Source: Eledone cirrhosa
Taxonomy: Eukaryota
Reading direction: 5' to 3'
DNA: 64,000 nucleotides
Assembly (NCBI GenBank): GCA_964016885.1
Contig: OZ024752.1
Span: 9,424,001 to 9,488,000 of the forward strand
The notes under the pieces: model-generated
Seen by the model: the letters and a program-made list of their open reading frames with translations, nothing else
Told to the model about the DNA's origin: nothing
Databases searched by the model: none
Shown: positions 26,344 through 39,927 of the stretch, in pieces
Position numbering within the stretch: the stretch's first letter is position 1
Layout: each line of letters begins with the position of its first letter
Translations under genes and position numbers: made by a program

Positions 26344-26660
26344 ACTAACGTATGATTGACATACATGGATTTGTGATCAACGTATGATGGACATACATGG
26401 ATTTGTGATCAACGTATGATGGACATACATGGATTTGTGATCAACGTATGATGGACATACATGGATTTGTGATCAACGTATGATTGACATACATGGATTT
26501 GTGATCAACGTATGATGGACATACATGGATTTGTGATCAACGTATGATGGACATACATGGATTTGTGATCAACGTATGATGGACATACATGGATTTGTGA
26601 CTAAAGTATGGTGGATATACATGGATTTGTGACTAATGTATGATGGGCATACATGGATTT
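26344..26660. repeat. 32-bp minisatellite (~10 units)
   Basis: AACGTATGATGGACATACATGGATTTGTGATC. Confidence 0.95.
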
Positions 26661-26818
26661 ACGTAGAAGAAAATGTTTGAAAATCGTAAGCTATGGGTGG
26701 AATCGTAAGTGATATAGAGAAGGGGACCCAAAAGTAAGTTATCAGAGCCTTTAGTGAAATGAAAAAGCTTCAAGACACAATAGAACTGACATCACAGAAA
26801 CCTTACCCTTTGCTCTTC

Positions 26819-29340
26819 AGCGCTCACTTTCTAAAGAACGGTACAACGCTCACTTGCTAAAGAATGGTACAGCGCTCACTTGCTAAAGAATGGTACAGCA
26901 CTGACTTGCTAAAGAATGGTACAGCCATGACTTTCTAAAGAACGGTACAACGCTCACTTGCTAAAGAACGGTACAACGCTCACTTGCTAAAGAACGGTAC
27001 AGCGCTCACTTGCTAAAGAATGGTACAGCGCTCACTTGCTAAAGAATGGTACAGCACTGACTTTCTAAAGAACGGTACAACGCTCACTTGCTAAAGAATG
27101 GTACAGCACTGACTTGCTAAAGAATGGTACAGCCACGACTTTCTAAAGAACGGTACAACGCTCACTTGCTAAAGAACGGTACAGCGCTGACTTGCTAAAG
27201 AACGGTACAGCGCTGACTTGCTAAAGAACGGTACAGCGCTGACTTGCTAAAGAATGGTACAGCGCTCACTTGCTAAAGAACGGTACAGCGCTCACTTGCT
27301 AAAGAATGGTACAGCGCTGACTTGCTAAAGAATGGTACAGCACTGACTTGCTAAAGAATGGTACAGCCATGACTTTCTAAAGAACGGTACAACGCTCACT
27401 TGCTAAAGAACGGTACAACGCTCACTTGCTAAAGAACGGTACAGCGCTCACTTGCTAAAGAATGGTACAGCGCTCACTTGCTAAAGAATGGTACAGCACT
27501 GACTTTCTAAAGAACGGTACAACGCTCACTTGCTAAAGAATGGTACAGCACTGACTTGCTAAAGAATGGTACAGCCACGACTTTCTAAAGAACGGTACAA
27601 CGCTCACTTGCTAAAGAACGGTACAGCGCTGACTTGCTAAAGAACGGTACAGCGCTGACTTGCTAAAGAACGGTACAGCGCTGACTTGCTAAAGAATGGT
27701 ACAGCGCTCACTTGCTAAAGAACGGTACAGCGCTCACTTGCTAAAGAATGGTACAGCGCTGACTTGCTAAAGAATGGTACAGCGCTGACTTGCTAAAGAA
27801 TGGTACAGCGCTGACTTGCTAAAAAACGGTACAGCACTCACTTGCTAAAGAACGGTACAGCGCTCACTTGCTAAAGAACGGTACAGCGCTCACTTGCTAA
27901 AGAACGGTACAGCACTCACTTGCTAAAGAATGGTACAGCGCTCACTTGCTAAAGAATGGTACAGCGCTCACTTGCTAAAGAATGGTACAGCTCTGACTTG
28001 CTAAAGAACGGTACAACGCTCACTTGCTAAAAAACGGTACAGCACTCACTTGCTAAAGAACGGTACAGCGCTCACTTGCTAAAGAATGGTACAGCGCTCA
28101 CTTGCTAAAGAATGGTACATCGCTCACTTGCTAAAGAATGGTACAGCTCTGACTTGCTAAAGAACGGTACAACGCTCACTTGCTAAAGAATGGTACAGCG
28201 CCCACTTGCTAAAGAATGGTACAGCACTCACTTGCTAAAGAACGGTACAGCACTCACTTGCTAAAGAATGGTACAGCGCTGACTTGCTAAAGAACGGTAC
28301 AACGCTCACTTGCTAAAAAACGGTACAGCACTCACTTGCTAAAGAACGGTACAGCGCTCACTTGCTAAAGAATGGTACAGCGCTGACTTGCTAAAGAATG
28401 GTATAGCGCTCACTTGCTAAAAAACGGTACAGCACTCACTTGCTAAAGAACGGTACAGCACTCACTTGCTAAAGAATGGTACAGCGCTCACTTGCTAAAT
28501 AATGGTACAGCGTTGACTTGCTAAAGAACGGTACAACGCTCACTTACTAAAAAACGGTACAGCACTCACTTGCTAAAGAACGGTACAGCGCCCACTTGCT
28601 AAAGAATGGTACAACGCTCACTTGCTAAAGAATGGTACAGCGCTCACTTGCTAAAGAATGGTACAGCTCTGACTTGCTAAAGAATGGTACAACGCTCACT
28701 TGCTAAAGAATGGTACAGCTCTGACTTGCTAAAGAATGGTACAGCGCTCACTTGCTAAAGAACGGTACAGTGCTGACTTGCTAAAGAATGGTACAGCGCT
28801 CACTTGCTAAAGAATGGTACAGCGCTCACTTGCTAAAGAATGGTACAGCGCTCACTTGCTAAAGAATGGTACAGCTCTGACTTGCTAAAGAACGGTACAA
28901 CGCTCACTTGCTAAAGAATGGTACAGCGCTCACTTGCTAAAGAATGGTACAGCGCTCACTTGCTAAAGAACGGTACAGCGCTCACTTGCTAAAGAATGGT
29001 ACAGCGCTGACTTGCTAAAGAACGGTACAGCACTCACTTGCTAAAGAATGGTACAGCGCTGACTTGCTAAAGAACGGTACAGCACTCACTTGCTAAAGAA
29101 TGGTACAGCGCTCACTTGCTAAAGAACGGTACAGCGCTGACTTGCTAAAGAATGGTACAGCGCTGACTTGCTAAAGAATGGTACAGCACTGACTTGCTAA
29201 AGAATGGTACAGCACTCACTTGCTAAAGAATGGTACAGCGCTCACTTGCTAAAGAACGGTACAGCGCCCACTTGCTAAAGAACGGTACAGCGCTGACTTG
29301 CTAAAGAATGGTACAGCGCTCACTTGCCAAAGAATGGCAC
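26819..29340. repeat. 26-bp minisatellite (~97 units)
   Basis: CAGCGCT(C/G)ACTTGCTAAAGAA(T/C)GGTA. Confidence 0.98.
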
Positions 29341-29923
29341 ATATTTGGTGTATGGTAATTACGTCGATTTTGCTTTCTTGTAGAATTTGTTTTCTGTTCA
29401 CGTGTTATTTTCTCTTCTAATTACATTTGCATCAGTTCCAGAACTTTCATTTAACACTATTTTTGTAAGGTGAAAGGACTCCTGAAAGATTAATTCGATT
29501 CCATTATCTGACACGTAATTATTCTATAAAGCGAGGATTGGATCTAAAATTTGAACACTTTAAGGCTTTTAGTTTTGTCCATTTATCGATCACATCCATT
29601 GATCCGTTCCTCCAAAGAAGCTAAAACATTGTCAAATTATTGCATAAAATAAATCCATAAAAACAAACCAAAAACCAAAACTATAACAAAAAAAAAAAAA
29701 AATGGGAACAAACAAAGAAACGTTTATGCAATCGTTTGACATGCTAGAAATAACAGCCACACCCCCCTTAAATTATATCCTATCTTTTTAGAAAAGGAAA
29801 CACTTGTTAGTGTAGTTCCTGATACACAAAGAAGGGATGAGGTTCTGAGATGGAATGTCTTTGATAATTGGTTAAACTGGAACTAAACATTAGCAGTGAC
29901 AGAAAAAAAAAAGTTTTTCATTA

Positions 29924-30215
29924 CTGAACTAAAGCTGGTCAATATGGGTGGATATTAAATTGCTGACAAAGACCCCAATGCTTCATATCTTTTAGCAGTG
30001 TGTTCATAGCCAGGGCCGGATTTAATGAGATGGGCGAGGGGGCAGGGATATTGCCCCCTCCCCTGAAGTGGGGGACCGACTCCCACCAGCGACGGCCATA
30101 GCAATTTATTTGTTTGCTGAACTAAAGCTGGTCAATGTGGGTGGATATTAAATTGCTGACAAAGTCATGAATGCCTCATCTTAGCAGTGTGTTCATAACC
30201 AGGGCCAGATTTAAT
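29924..30215. repeat. Local duplication ending in a Harbinger-like terminus
   Basis: CTGAACTAAAGCTGGTCAAT...CAGGGCC(G/A)GATTTAAT at 29924-30026 and 30117-30215. Confidence 0.6.
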
Positions 30216-30269
30216 GGGGGAAATTGCCCCGCGTCCCTTGCAGGGGGTGGGTGGGTACCAGAGACGGCT

Positions 30270-31108
30270 GTAGTGGCGGTGGTAGTAGTGGTAGTTATTG
30301 TTGTTGTGGTGGTAGTAGTAGTAGTAATAGTGGTAGGAATAGTAGTAGGGTAGGTGGCAGTGGTGGTATTTGTGGCAGTAGTGATAGTTGTTGTGGTGAT
30401 AGTAGTAGTGGTGGTAGTGATAGTTGTTGATGTTGTTGTGGTAGTAGTTGTAGTAGTGGTGGTGGTGGTAGTGATAGTTATTGTTGTTGTGGTAGTAGTT
30501 GTAGTAGTGGTGGTGGTGGTAGTGATAGTTATTGTTGTTGTGGTAGTAGTAGTAGTGGTGGTGGTGGTGATAGTGATAGTTGTTGATGTTGTGGTAGTAG
30601 TGGTGGTGGTGGTGGTAGTGATAGTTATTGTTGTTGTGGTAGTAGTAGTAGTAGTGGTGGTGGTGGTGATAGTGATAGTTGTTGATGTTGTGGTAGTAGT
30701 AGTGGTGGTGGTGGTAGTGATAGTGATAGTTGTTGATGTGGTAGTAGTAGTAGTGGTGGTGGTGGTGATAGTGATAGTTGTTGATGTGGTAGTAGTAGTG
30801 GTGGTGGTGGTGGTAGTGATAGTTATTGTTGTTGTGGTAGTAGTAGTAGTGGTGGTGGTGGTGATAGTGATAGTTGTTGATGTGGTAGTAGTAGTGGTGG
30901 TGGTGGTGGTAGTGATAGTTATTGTTGTGGTAGTAGTAGTAGTAGTGGTGGTGGTGGTGATAGTGATAGTTGTTGATGTTGTGGTAGTAGTAGTGGTGGT
31001 GGTGGTAGTGATAGTTATTGTTGTTGTGGTAGTAGTAGTAGTGGTAGTGGTGGTGATAGTGATAGTTGTTGATGTTGTGGTAGTAGTAGTTGTAGTAGTA
31101 GTAGTGGT
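30270..31108. repeat. (GTA/GTG/GTT)n compound trinucleotide array
   Basis: Triplet repeats. Confidence 0.95.
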
Positions 31109-31179
31109 ATCTGCTCCTCAATGTGACACTAGTTTTAGTTTGAGGGAGAGAACAGACTGGATGAAATAATCGATTACAG

Positions 31180-31743
31180 CAACAACAATTACAACAACAA
31201 TGACAAAAACAACAACAATGAAAAAACAACAACAAAGACAAAAACAACAACAAAGGCAAACAAATAAACAATGACAACAACAAAGACGAAAACAACAACA
31301 AAGACAAAAACAACAACAGAGACAAAAACAACAACAACAACAACAAAGACAAAAACAACAACAATGACAAAAACAACAACAACAACAAAGACAAAAACAA
31401 CAACAAAGACAAAAACAACAACAGAGACAAAAACAACAACAACAACAACAAAGACAAAAACAACAACAATGACAAAAACAACAACAACAACAAAGACAAA
31501 AACAACAACAACAACAAAGACAAAAACAACAACAACAATGACAAAAACAATAACAAAGACAAAAACATCAACAATGACAAAAACAACAACAAAAAGCCAA
31601 ACAAAGAAGTATATCATAGAATATGTTGAGTTTTACATTTATCTCCCATGTAATATTAGGCGAAGAAGAAGAAGTAAAAGAAGAAGAAGAAGAAGAAGAA
31701 GAAGAAGAAGAAGAAGAAGAAGAAGAAGAAGAAGAAGAAGAAG
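31180..31743. repeat. (ACA)n-based array followed by (GAA)n
   Basis: ACAACAAAGACAAAA units; GAA run at 31663-31743. Confidence 0.9.
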
Positions 31744-31929
31744 ACTAGACATTTATGGGGAGGAGAAAGTTAATTATAGCGACTTTTTATATATTTTCTT
31801 TTATAGAACTCCAGACAGATGAATGGTAAAATCATCTTGGCGGGATTTGAACTCAGATCGTAAAGCATTAGTTAGACATTCTAAATAAGCTGCTAATCCA
31901 CCAGCCACACAGTCTGTAATACATACAGG

Positions 31930-32257
31930 GCCCCGTAACTCCTGAAGGAATCATAGGGACACCACATCGACATACAACGTTTCTAGGGCACCTTTACTAC
32001 CTGGTGGAGTCCATCTCCTCTCCAGGTCTGAATACAGCAGATTTCTCCTAGAGAAGGGTAGAGAAGGACGGAATGGAAGTGAGAAAGAGATATAGAGGAA
32101 GAATCGAACCCAGTACTTGACTGGTAATTTTTTATCGACCTCGAATGGCTGAAAGACAAAGTTGACCCTCTGTGGGATTTGAACTCCGAGAGCCGAAACG
32201 AATGCCGCAAAGCATTCTATCCGACATTCTAACGAATCTGCCAAATTTGCCGCCTTA
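31930..32257 (-). mobile_element. SINE family C, full length
   Basis: tRNA-like head at the 32257 end with B-box GAGTTCAAATCC; family C tail. Confidence 0.72.
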
Positions 32258-33812
32258 TAGTCGGTAATCTCTTCTTCTCGCTCTTGCTCAACGAAGTCGG
32301 GTTATCTTAAGCCAACGATTCCAAAGCCTCGTCGTTCGTAGAGCCGACCAGATCCACCAGCGCCCTCCATCGCTGGCGGTCCCATGATAGTTCCTCTACA
32401 CCCTAAAAGTCGGTAATACAGAAAGGTAATAATCTTTATATTTTATGCCCCTGTTTTATATGTGCTATTAATTCCACAAATATATTAAATTGTTTACCAT
32501 TCACAAGGATTTACTTGAAGAAGGCGGGAGAGTAGTTGACAATTGACTCGGGCAGCATAGAACGGGTATATATTTTACACAAACTAGAAAAACGTTGAAA
32601 ACCAAATTGATTTCAGTGGAACCTGAAAACTGAAATGTGAGACAGCAAAGAAAATATTACGAGTCATCTATTTCATCAGTTTCAGCTCTCTTCCTTCCGC
32701 ACAAATTCTATCACACTAACTCCACTAATACATCATCAACTGACAATTTTATTTCTGAAACCTCGTTTCTGAAAAACAGCGAGATCTTTCTTTAATAAGA
32801 TTTCAATATATATTTATGAGATGTCATGATGAGTTTAGCGTGCGCTTCTAAACAAAGTGAGGAATAAATAAATATACAAATACACATAAATAAATAAAGT
32901 AATAAGTAAATAAATAAATAAGTAAACAAAGGAATAAAATGAAGCTGAAAATTGTAAGAAAATCCTGTGATTTAGATTCTGAATACTGAGACTACCAATA
33001 ATTTGATTTCAGGTTAGAGAAAAACTTTTTAATCAACCCAAACGACGTGTGTGTACGTGGTATAATCAAAAGCACGTGTACATGTGAATGAATACAAACA
33101 TGTATACATGAAAATGTAGTTAAATAGAATCGATCTGACATCCTTATACAGACTATTTGCATGGCTTTCATTCAATAAAAAATTCCCAGGTGACTTTCTT
33201 TTGTTTTTCTTTTTGCAAAGATATAGAATAAATAAATATATACAAATAAATATAAATATATATAAATAAATAAATAAATATATATAAATAAATATATATA
33301 TATACACTCACACACAAAACAAAGTGATGCCTCATAATTTGATCACATGAAACCGATATTCGTGTTGTATCAATATATGCTTAACTTCGTTTCAGAATAA
33401 TATTTATGAAGCTAATATCGTTTTCCCATCGTTCCTGTAAATGTTTCATTTCTTTTTCATTTGCATTGATCATTGATCATCTCGTCAAGGGTCATAGGTT
33501 ATTGTTAAATGAGGCATTAAATGTAAAGAAGCGGGGGTTCGATATCAACTGAATTTAGCTTTGATGCTTTTGTTGTGGTTGTTGTGGTTGTTGTTACAAT
33601 TAATGTTGTGTAATAAACTCCACGAACCTTGTTATAACCAATAGAAAACTTGGAGTGTTTATAGACAATACAGCTTCTGTTGTATTTAGTGTTTGTTGAG
33701 TGCAGCTGATTACAGAACTGTCAACTCTCCCCGTCCAACGGGAAGATCTTCCACTCAATTTGGGATAGGTGAGAGATGCCTTCTCTTGTGAAAATGGGTA
33801 TAGCTTTCATTC

Positions 33813-34002
33813 TGGATTGGCACAGTATCGGTAGAGGGTCGGACGCCATACTTTGACGCAAAGAGTTACGGCCCTTTATGGTCTGAGTTCAAATCCCGCC
33901 CAGGTTAACTTTGCCTTTCATCCTTACGGGGTCGATAAAATAAAGTACCAGTAATACATTGGGGGTAATTGCTGGCCTTGTGCCAAATGTAGAAACAATT
34001 AT
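33813..34002 (+). mobile_element. tRNA-derived SINE (family A)
   Basis: Full family A consensus match. Confidence 0.85.
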
Positions 34003-34682
34003 ATAAAATCTCCCATTTTTGCCTCATCTTTCCCCGTTTTGGGGCACTTTTTTCATGGTCCTCCTCGTTTGGGTTTTTAAAGGTTGACAGGTCTGACATA
34101 CGCACAAGGTCCGAACACAAGGGAACCAAACTCCCACTGTCACTTCCTCCGTCTCTCCTGCTCCCGTTTTGGGGCACTTTTTTCATGGTACTCTTCATTT
34201 TGGTTTTTAGAGCTTGGCAGGTCTGTGATTAGATATGGAATTATTTCCTTCTGATCTTATCAAGGGGGTAAAGTCTTATGGTGTGCAATATTTGCTCATT
34301 GAAGCTGAGCCCCTAGCCATTCTCATTTCGAAGACTCACCCACCTGGTGAAAAGCCATATCATACACGAGGTACCTCTGATATGATTATCATAGGATAGT
34401 CTAGCAGAACAGGTCGGATCTAAAGGAGTAGGTCTTCATTAAAATCCTGCTTGTCTCATAGTAAACAGTAGCTCATGTGATGACCATCAGTTTAAGTAGA
34501 TTACCTCGGTGTCGTGAAGACCAGTGGACTCACAGATGATCGACTATTGATTCAACAATGGATTGGAACACCTACTCCAGTTAGCAGAGAAATCTACAAG
34601 CATGTAGGAGTAGCGATCCGCATATATTCTAGCCATTAGAAAAAGCAAAATGAATGCTTCACCTCCGAAACAGGGATGACTC

Positions 34683-35260
34683 AAGAAGAAGAAGAAGGCA
34701 AAGAAGAAGAAGAAGAAGAAGAAGAAGAAGAAGAAGAAAAAGAAAAAGGCAAAGAAGAAGAAGAAGAAGAAGAAGGAGAAGAAGAAGAAGAAGAAGAAGA
34801 AGCAGAAGAAGAAGAAGAAGAAGAAGAAGAAAAAGGCAAAGAAGAAGAAGGCAACGAAGGCAACGAAGAAGGCAACGAAGAAGGCAACGAAGAAGGCAAA
34901 GAAGAAGACAAGGAAGAACGCAAAGAAGAAGGAGAAGAAGGAGAAGGAGAAGAAGGAGAAGGAGAAGAAGAAGAAGAAGAAGGAGAAGAAGAAGAAGAAC
35001 AAGAAGAAGAAGAAGAAGAAGAAGAAGAAGAAGAAGAAGGCAACGAAGGCAACGAAGAAGGCAACGAAGAAGGCAACGAAGAAGGCAAAGAAGAAGACAA
35101 GGAAGAACGCAAAGAAGAAGGAGAAGAAGGAGAAGGAGAAGAAGGAGAAGGAGAAGAAGAAGAAGAAGAAGGAGAAGAAGAAGAAGAACAAGAAGAAGAA
35201 GAAGAAGAAGAAGAAGAAGAAGAAGAAGGAGAAGAAGGAGAAGGAGAAGAAGGAGAAGAG
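34683..35260. repeat. (GAA/GGA)n array with internal block duplication
   Basis: The GGCAACGAA-containing block occurs twice. Confidence 0.93.
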
Positions 35261-35489
35261 TCTTATGGATGAGGTTTGGAAGTAGGGTTACTTTGATGAG
35301 ATACCTTCAACAGTTGTCTTTACATGGAGTCGATCAGAGACAATTACTAATGCCAGACTATAACCATATGTCTGTAACCTTTGTTTTATTCCATTTCGGA
35401 TAAAATAATATCAAATTCCACAAAGTTTTAAATCCTCAATCAGAACATGAAAAATACAGAGTTGCTAATGTTGCGTTAAAGTAAATTGT

Positions 35490-35615
35490 TGTCGGCGACT
35501 AAACCAGCAACCCCACCAATTTTACTTGGTTAGGAGGGTGATTTTGGACACCCTGCAGGACAAAAGACAAAACCTGACAAAGGGCGGAGGGACTCATAAG
35601 AGTCAATGGCCATCA
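35490..35615 (+). mobile_element. Fragment of the RTE-derived element 5' part
   Basis: Diverged reverse complement of 43875-44003. Confidence 0.65.
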
Positions 35616-36279
35616 GAAAACCCCCCCCCAAAACCCTGCCAAAATCAATGGGTGGCAGTAGTTCCAGTAGTTCCACACATCGAAAGACTGGTGTAGCGGT
35701 TCTGAGAACAATGTGGTTTTGCAGATGATCAATGCAAATTGACAATGGAAAGGCACTCCTGCTCGAGTTAGAAGAGAACTTTTGACCTTCAGGAGTAGCA
35801 GAGACCCCTGATTGTATTCAGCAACCGAAACAAATATGAATTACACCAAATCCAATGCTCCTTGAGGCGGCCCTGGTTCTTCTTATTTGTGAGTGTGAAC
35901 TCGGCCAGATTAGATTAGATTAGATATATATTTTTACACGACACAGTATGGTAAATATAATGGATGTGGTTAATATAACGAGCTAGATGGAACTGACAGA
36001 TTTGAAAAGAACTCCCAAAACTTTCGTTTTTAGCAAATGAAATTTTTTGATATTTTGAAAAAGAAAATATATACTATATTCTTACTGTCACCTATATACC
36101 TCCATCTTGCCACACTTACAGTCACACACATACACACACAGAGAAACAAACAAATACACACACACACACAGGCATACACACATATATAAACATGTATATA
36201 TACAAACGCATAATCATCATCATCACTATAGGGAGTCCACTTTCACATATATATATATATGTATCCGTACACACACACT

Positions 36280-36327
<48 letters not shown>

Positions 36328-36402
36328 CATACACTGACACACATCTATACACAGAGAAATGCATACATAAATACATATACACAGACACATATCAGTATAA
36401 AA

Positions 36403-36456
<54 letters not shown>

Positions 36457-36634
36457 GTGTGTGTGTGTGCGTGTGCGTGTGTATGTGTGTATGTGTGTGT
36501 GTGTGCGTGTGTGTGTGTGTGCGCATTCATATTTACATACATACACAAACAAAATTACATATATATAGATAAATCGACACATACTTATATAAGTAAACAT
36601 TTGTATCCATATACCTACCTACAAAGAATATGTA

Positions 36635-36672
<38 letters not shown>

Positions 36673-36676
<4 letters not shown>

Positions 36677-36853
36677 CAAGGACGAATGGTTACTTCTTCA
36701 TTACGCTTATTGGTTGGTGACGCGCGTTTCGCTATTGATCAACTCAAGGTTCCATCTGTATCGATCTAGCCCGACTCTGTAACCAATGGCTCGTTGGATC
36801 TCGGTACTGACGTGAACCTAAACGTCGAGTGAGTGCTCCGCATTACACCCACC

Positions 36854-36855
<2 letters not shown>
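36673..36855 (-). mobile_element. Single-arm copy of the 39606-39877 family
   Basis: Shares ACAAGGACGA..TTGGTTGGTGACGCGCGTTTCGC; (TA)n on both sides. Confidence 0.8.
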
Positions 36856-36912
<57 letters not shown>

Positions 36913-36918
<6 letters not shown>

Positions 36919-37160
36919 AGCGTTCCTTTGTCAGTGTTGAACAAACGAGCAACAATGGTTGCTGGACACTACGGCTTAACATGGGATGTTTGTTTAGAAA
37001 CACACCGAGCATTATAATAAATGTTCGGTGAATCCATACGTACATATATATATGTGTGCATGTATATATATATAGTAGTATGTATATATATATACATACT
37101 ACTGTACGGCTATATACATATATGTATGTACGCGTACGTACTTATATTTAAGCAACAGCC

Positions 37161-37165
<5 letters not shown>
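36913..37165 (+). mobile_element. 5'-truncated copy of the 425-bp HHR element
   Basis: Starts (TA)n-GTA-CAGCGTTCCTTTG, at the hammerhead cleavage triplet, and ends in (TA)n. Confidence 0.8.
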
Positions 37166-37192
<27 letters not shown>

Positions 37193-37197
<5 letters not shown>

Positions 37198-37394
37198 AAC
37201 CAGTAAGACCCCGACAGCTGAGCTCAAGCCGTTTCGACGGCTAATTCTGGACAATTGAGTCCAGAATTATCCGTCGAAACGGCTTGAGCTCAGCTGTCGG
37301 GGTCTTACTGGTTCCTATTACCCACTCTACTACCTCAAGTATTGAGTACTTTGGTGCGTTATGGTCCACCTGGTTCCTTACCACATTTCCTTCG

Positions 37395-37396
<2 letters not shown>
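37193..37396. mobile_element. Fold-back element with hammerhead 3' half
   Basis: Hairpin 37193-37318; GAAAC-GGCT-TGAGCTC-AGCT-GTC at 37276-37298; tail with GTATTGAGTAC; (TA)n flanks; same family as 43058-43403. Confidence 0.75.
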
Positions 37397-37437
<41 letters not shown>

Positions 37438-37527
37438 TTCGGAATAAAAGAAAACTAAAAATACAGACAAACGCAGGAGTAAATGTTACAAATATTATTA
37501 GTTTTATATTTATAAATTCATAGCAAG

Positions 37528-37602
<75 letters not shown>

Positions 37603-38029
37603 TTTACTCGAGAAGTAAACTATGTTTCTCATTGTAAAACAAAAATAAACTATAATAAAATATAGATACGAATTATCCGATAAATCAGAAATTTCCTTTT
37701 TGTTTCAATCTATTCTTTGAATATAATTTCTGCTCCATTTGTTTTTCCACTAAGAGAGAAATTATAATTCTGCTCTATATAACAATTACTCAAGTATGCA
37801 TTTGTTAAATCAGACATTTCCAAACATAAAATATATTTTTGAACAGCTTAAGCAAGTTATGGAAATAAATCAAAGTTCTAGCGGTAGTAGTAGTAGTAGT
37901 GGTATAAGTAGAAGTAAGATCGATAGTACTCACTGTTGTATTTTGAATAAAAACTTGTCTTAAACGTCAACGAATGTACACGATAGAGACGTATCGATAT
38001 AGCAAATGACACCTTTAATATATTAATAA

Positions 38030-38220
38030 TAATTGTTTCTACTTTTGGCACAAGACCAGCAATTAACCAGTACATTACTGGTACTTTATTTTATCGACCC
38101 AGTAAGGATGAAAGGCAAAGTTAACCTCGGCGGGATTTGAACTCAGACCGCAAAGGGACGTAACTATGCTGGAAAGCATGGCGTCCGACCCTCTACCGAT
38201 ACTGCCAATTCACCGGCCTC
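38030..38220 (-). mobile_element. tRNA-derived SINE (family A)
   Basis: Full family A match. Confidence 0.85.
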
Positions 38221-38401
38221 TTATATATTATTAATAATGATATATATATACACATATACATATATATATATATACACATATACATATATATATATATATA
38301 CACATATACATATATATATATATACACACATATACATATATATATACACATATACATATATATATATATACACACATATACATATATATATATATATACA
38401 C

Positions 38402-38433
<32 letters not shown>

Positions 38434-38459
38434 ACATACACACACACACACATATATAT

Positions 38460-38500
<41 letters not shown>

Positions 38501-38503
<3 letters not shown>

Positions 38504-38696
38504 TTCATAGAAGGAGCTTCTACAGGACTAGTACTGTTTCATTCAGATGGAATCTTCAGGAAGCTCCTGAAGATTTCATCTGAATGAAACAGTACTAGTC
38601 CTGTAGAAGCTCCTTCTATGAAATAAAAAATTTTACTCTGCCATGTATTGAGTACCTTACTTACTGTGGTTATCCCCGACTCAACCCGGGACCTAC

Positions 38697-38697
<1 letters not shown>
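38501..38697. mobile_element. Fold-back element centred on a hammerhead
   Basis: Near-perfect hairpin 38501-38625 plus tail with GTATTGAGTAC; (TA)n flanks; related copy at 59941-60078. Confidence 0.8.
38513..38567 (-). ncRNA. Type I hammerhead ribozyme
   Basis: Minus strand GGAGCTTC-CTGAAGA-TTCCATCTGAAT-GAAAC-AG-TACTAGTC-CT-GTA-GAAGCTCC. Perfect 8-bp stem I, ACAG/CTGT stem III with ACTAGT in the loop. Confidence 0.8.
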
Positions 38698-38739
<42 letters not shown>

Positions 38740-38770
38740 TATATATATATATATACACATATATATACAC

Positions 38771-38801
<31 letters not shown>

Positions 38802-39100
38802 TATACATACACATATACATATACATACACACATATATATATATATATACACATATACATATATATATACATATACACATATATATACATATACACACAC
38901 ACATATACATATATATATACAAACACACATATATATATATATAATATATATATATATATTTATTAGTTTTGCGAGGTTTACCAAACAGCGAGTGTGTTCT
39001 GTTATTAATTCTGGCAATATTATTATAACAATATGACCCTCCCCAAGTATAACAATATATACATATATACATATATATACACACACACATATATATATAT

Positions 39101-39144
<44 letters not shown>

Positions 39145-39227
39145 GCACACATACACACACATATATATATGCACACACACACACACATATATATATGCAC
39201 ACACACACACACACATATATATATATG

Positions 39228-39310
<83 letters not shown>

Positions 39311-39404
39311 GCACACACACACACACATATATATGCACACACACACACACATATATATATATGCACACACACACATACACACACACACACACACACATAT
39401 ATAT

Positions 39405-39451
<47 letters not shown>

Positions 39452-39460
39452 CATACACAC

Positions 39461-39506
<46 letters not shown>

Positions 39507-39605
39507 CCAGGGAGTGTAACGTGGAGTTACTGTAGGTTCACCCGGGTGAGCACTCGACGTTTAGGTTTACTTCAGTGTGAAGGTGTAGAGCTAGACAGAG
39601 GGTAG

Positions 39606-39873
39606 TATAGTGAAATATGATAACAAGGACGATTGGTTACTCCTTCATTACGTTTATTGGTTGGTGACGCGCGTTTCGCTACTGATTAGCTCAACGTTCG
39701 ATCTGAATCGATCTGACCCGACTCTATAATCCGCGGCTAGTCCGACCCCCGGATTACAGAGTCGGATCAGATCGATATAGATCGAACCTTGAGCTAATCA
39801 GTGGCGAAACGCGCGTCACCAACCAATAAACTTAATGAAGGAGTAACCAATCGTCCTTGTTATCTTATTTCAC

Positions 39874-39877
<4 letters not shown>
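39606..39877. mobile_element. Fold-back element with hammerhead 3' half
   Basis: Imperfect inverted arms of ~125 bp; GAAAC-GCGC-GTC at 39806-39817 (palindromic ACGCGCGT). Confidence 0.75.

Positions 39878-39922
<45 letters not shown>

Positions 39923-39927
<5 letters not shown>

Noticed and set aside
24862-29340. CRISPR-like appearance of the tandem arrays
   Set aside because: No unique spacers, no cas genes, and a eukaryotic context.
34676-35272. Glu-rich acidic ORF
   Set aside because: GAA/GGA repeat with no unique flanking coding sequence.
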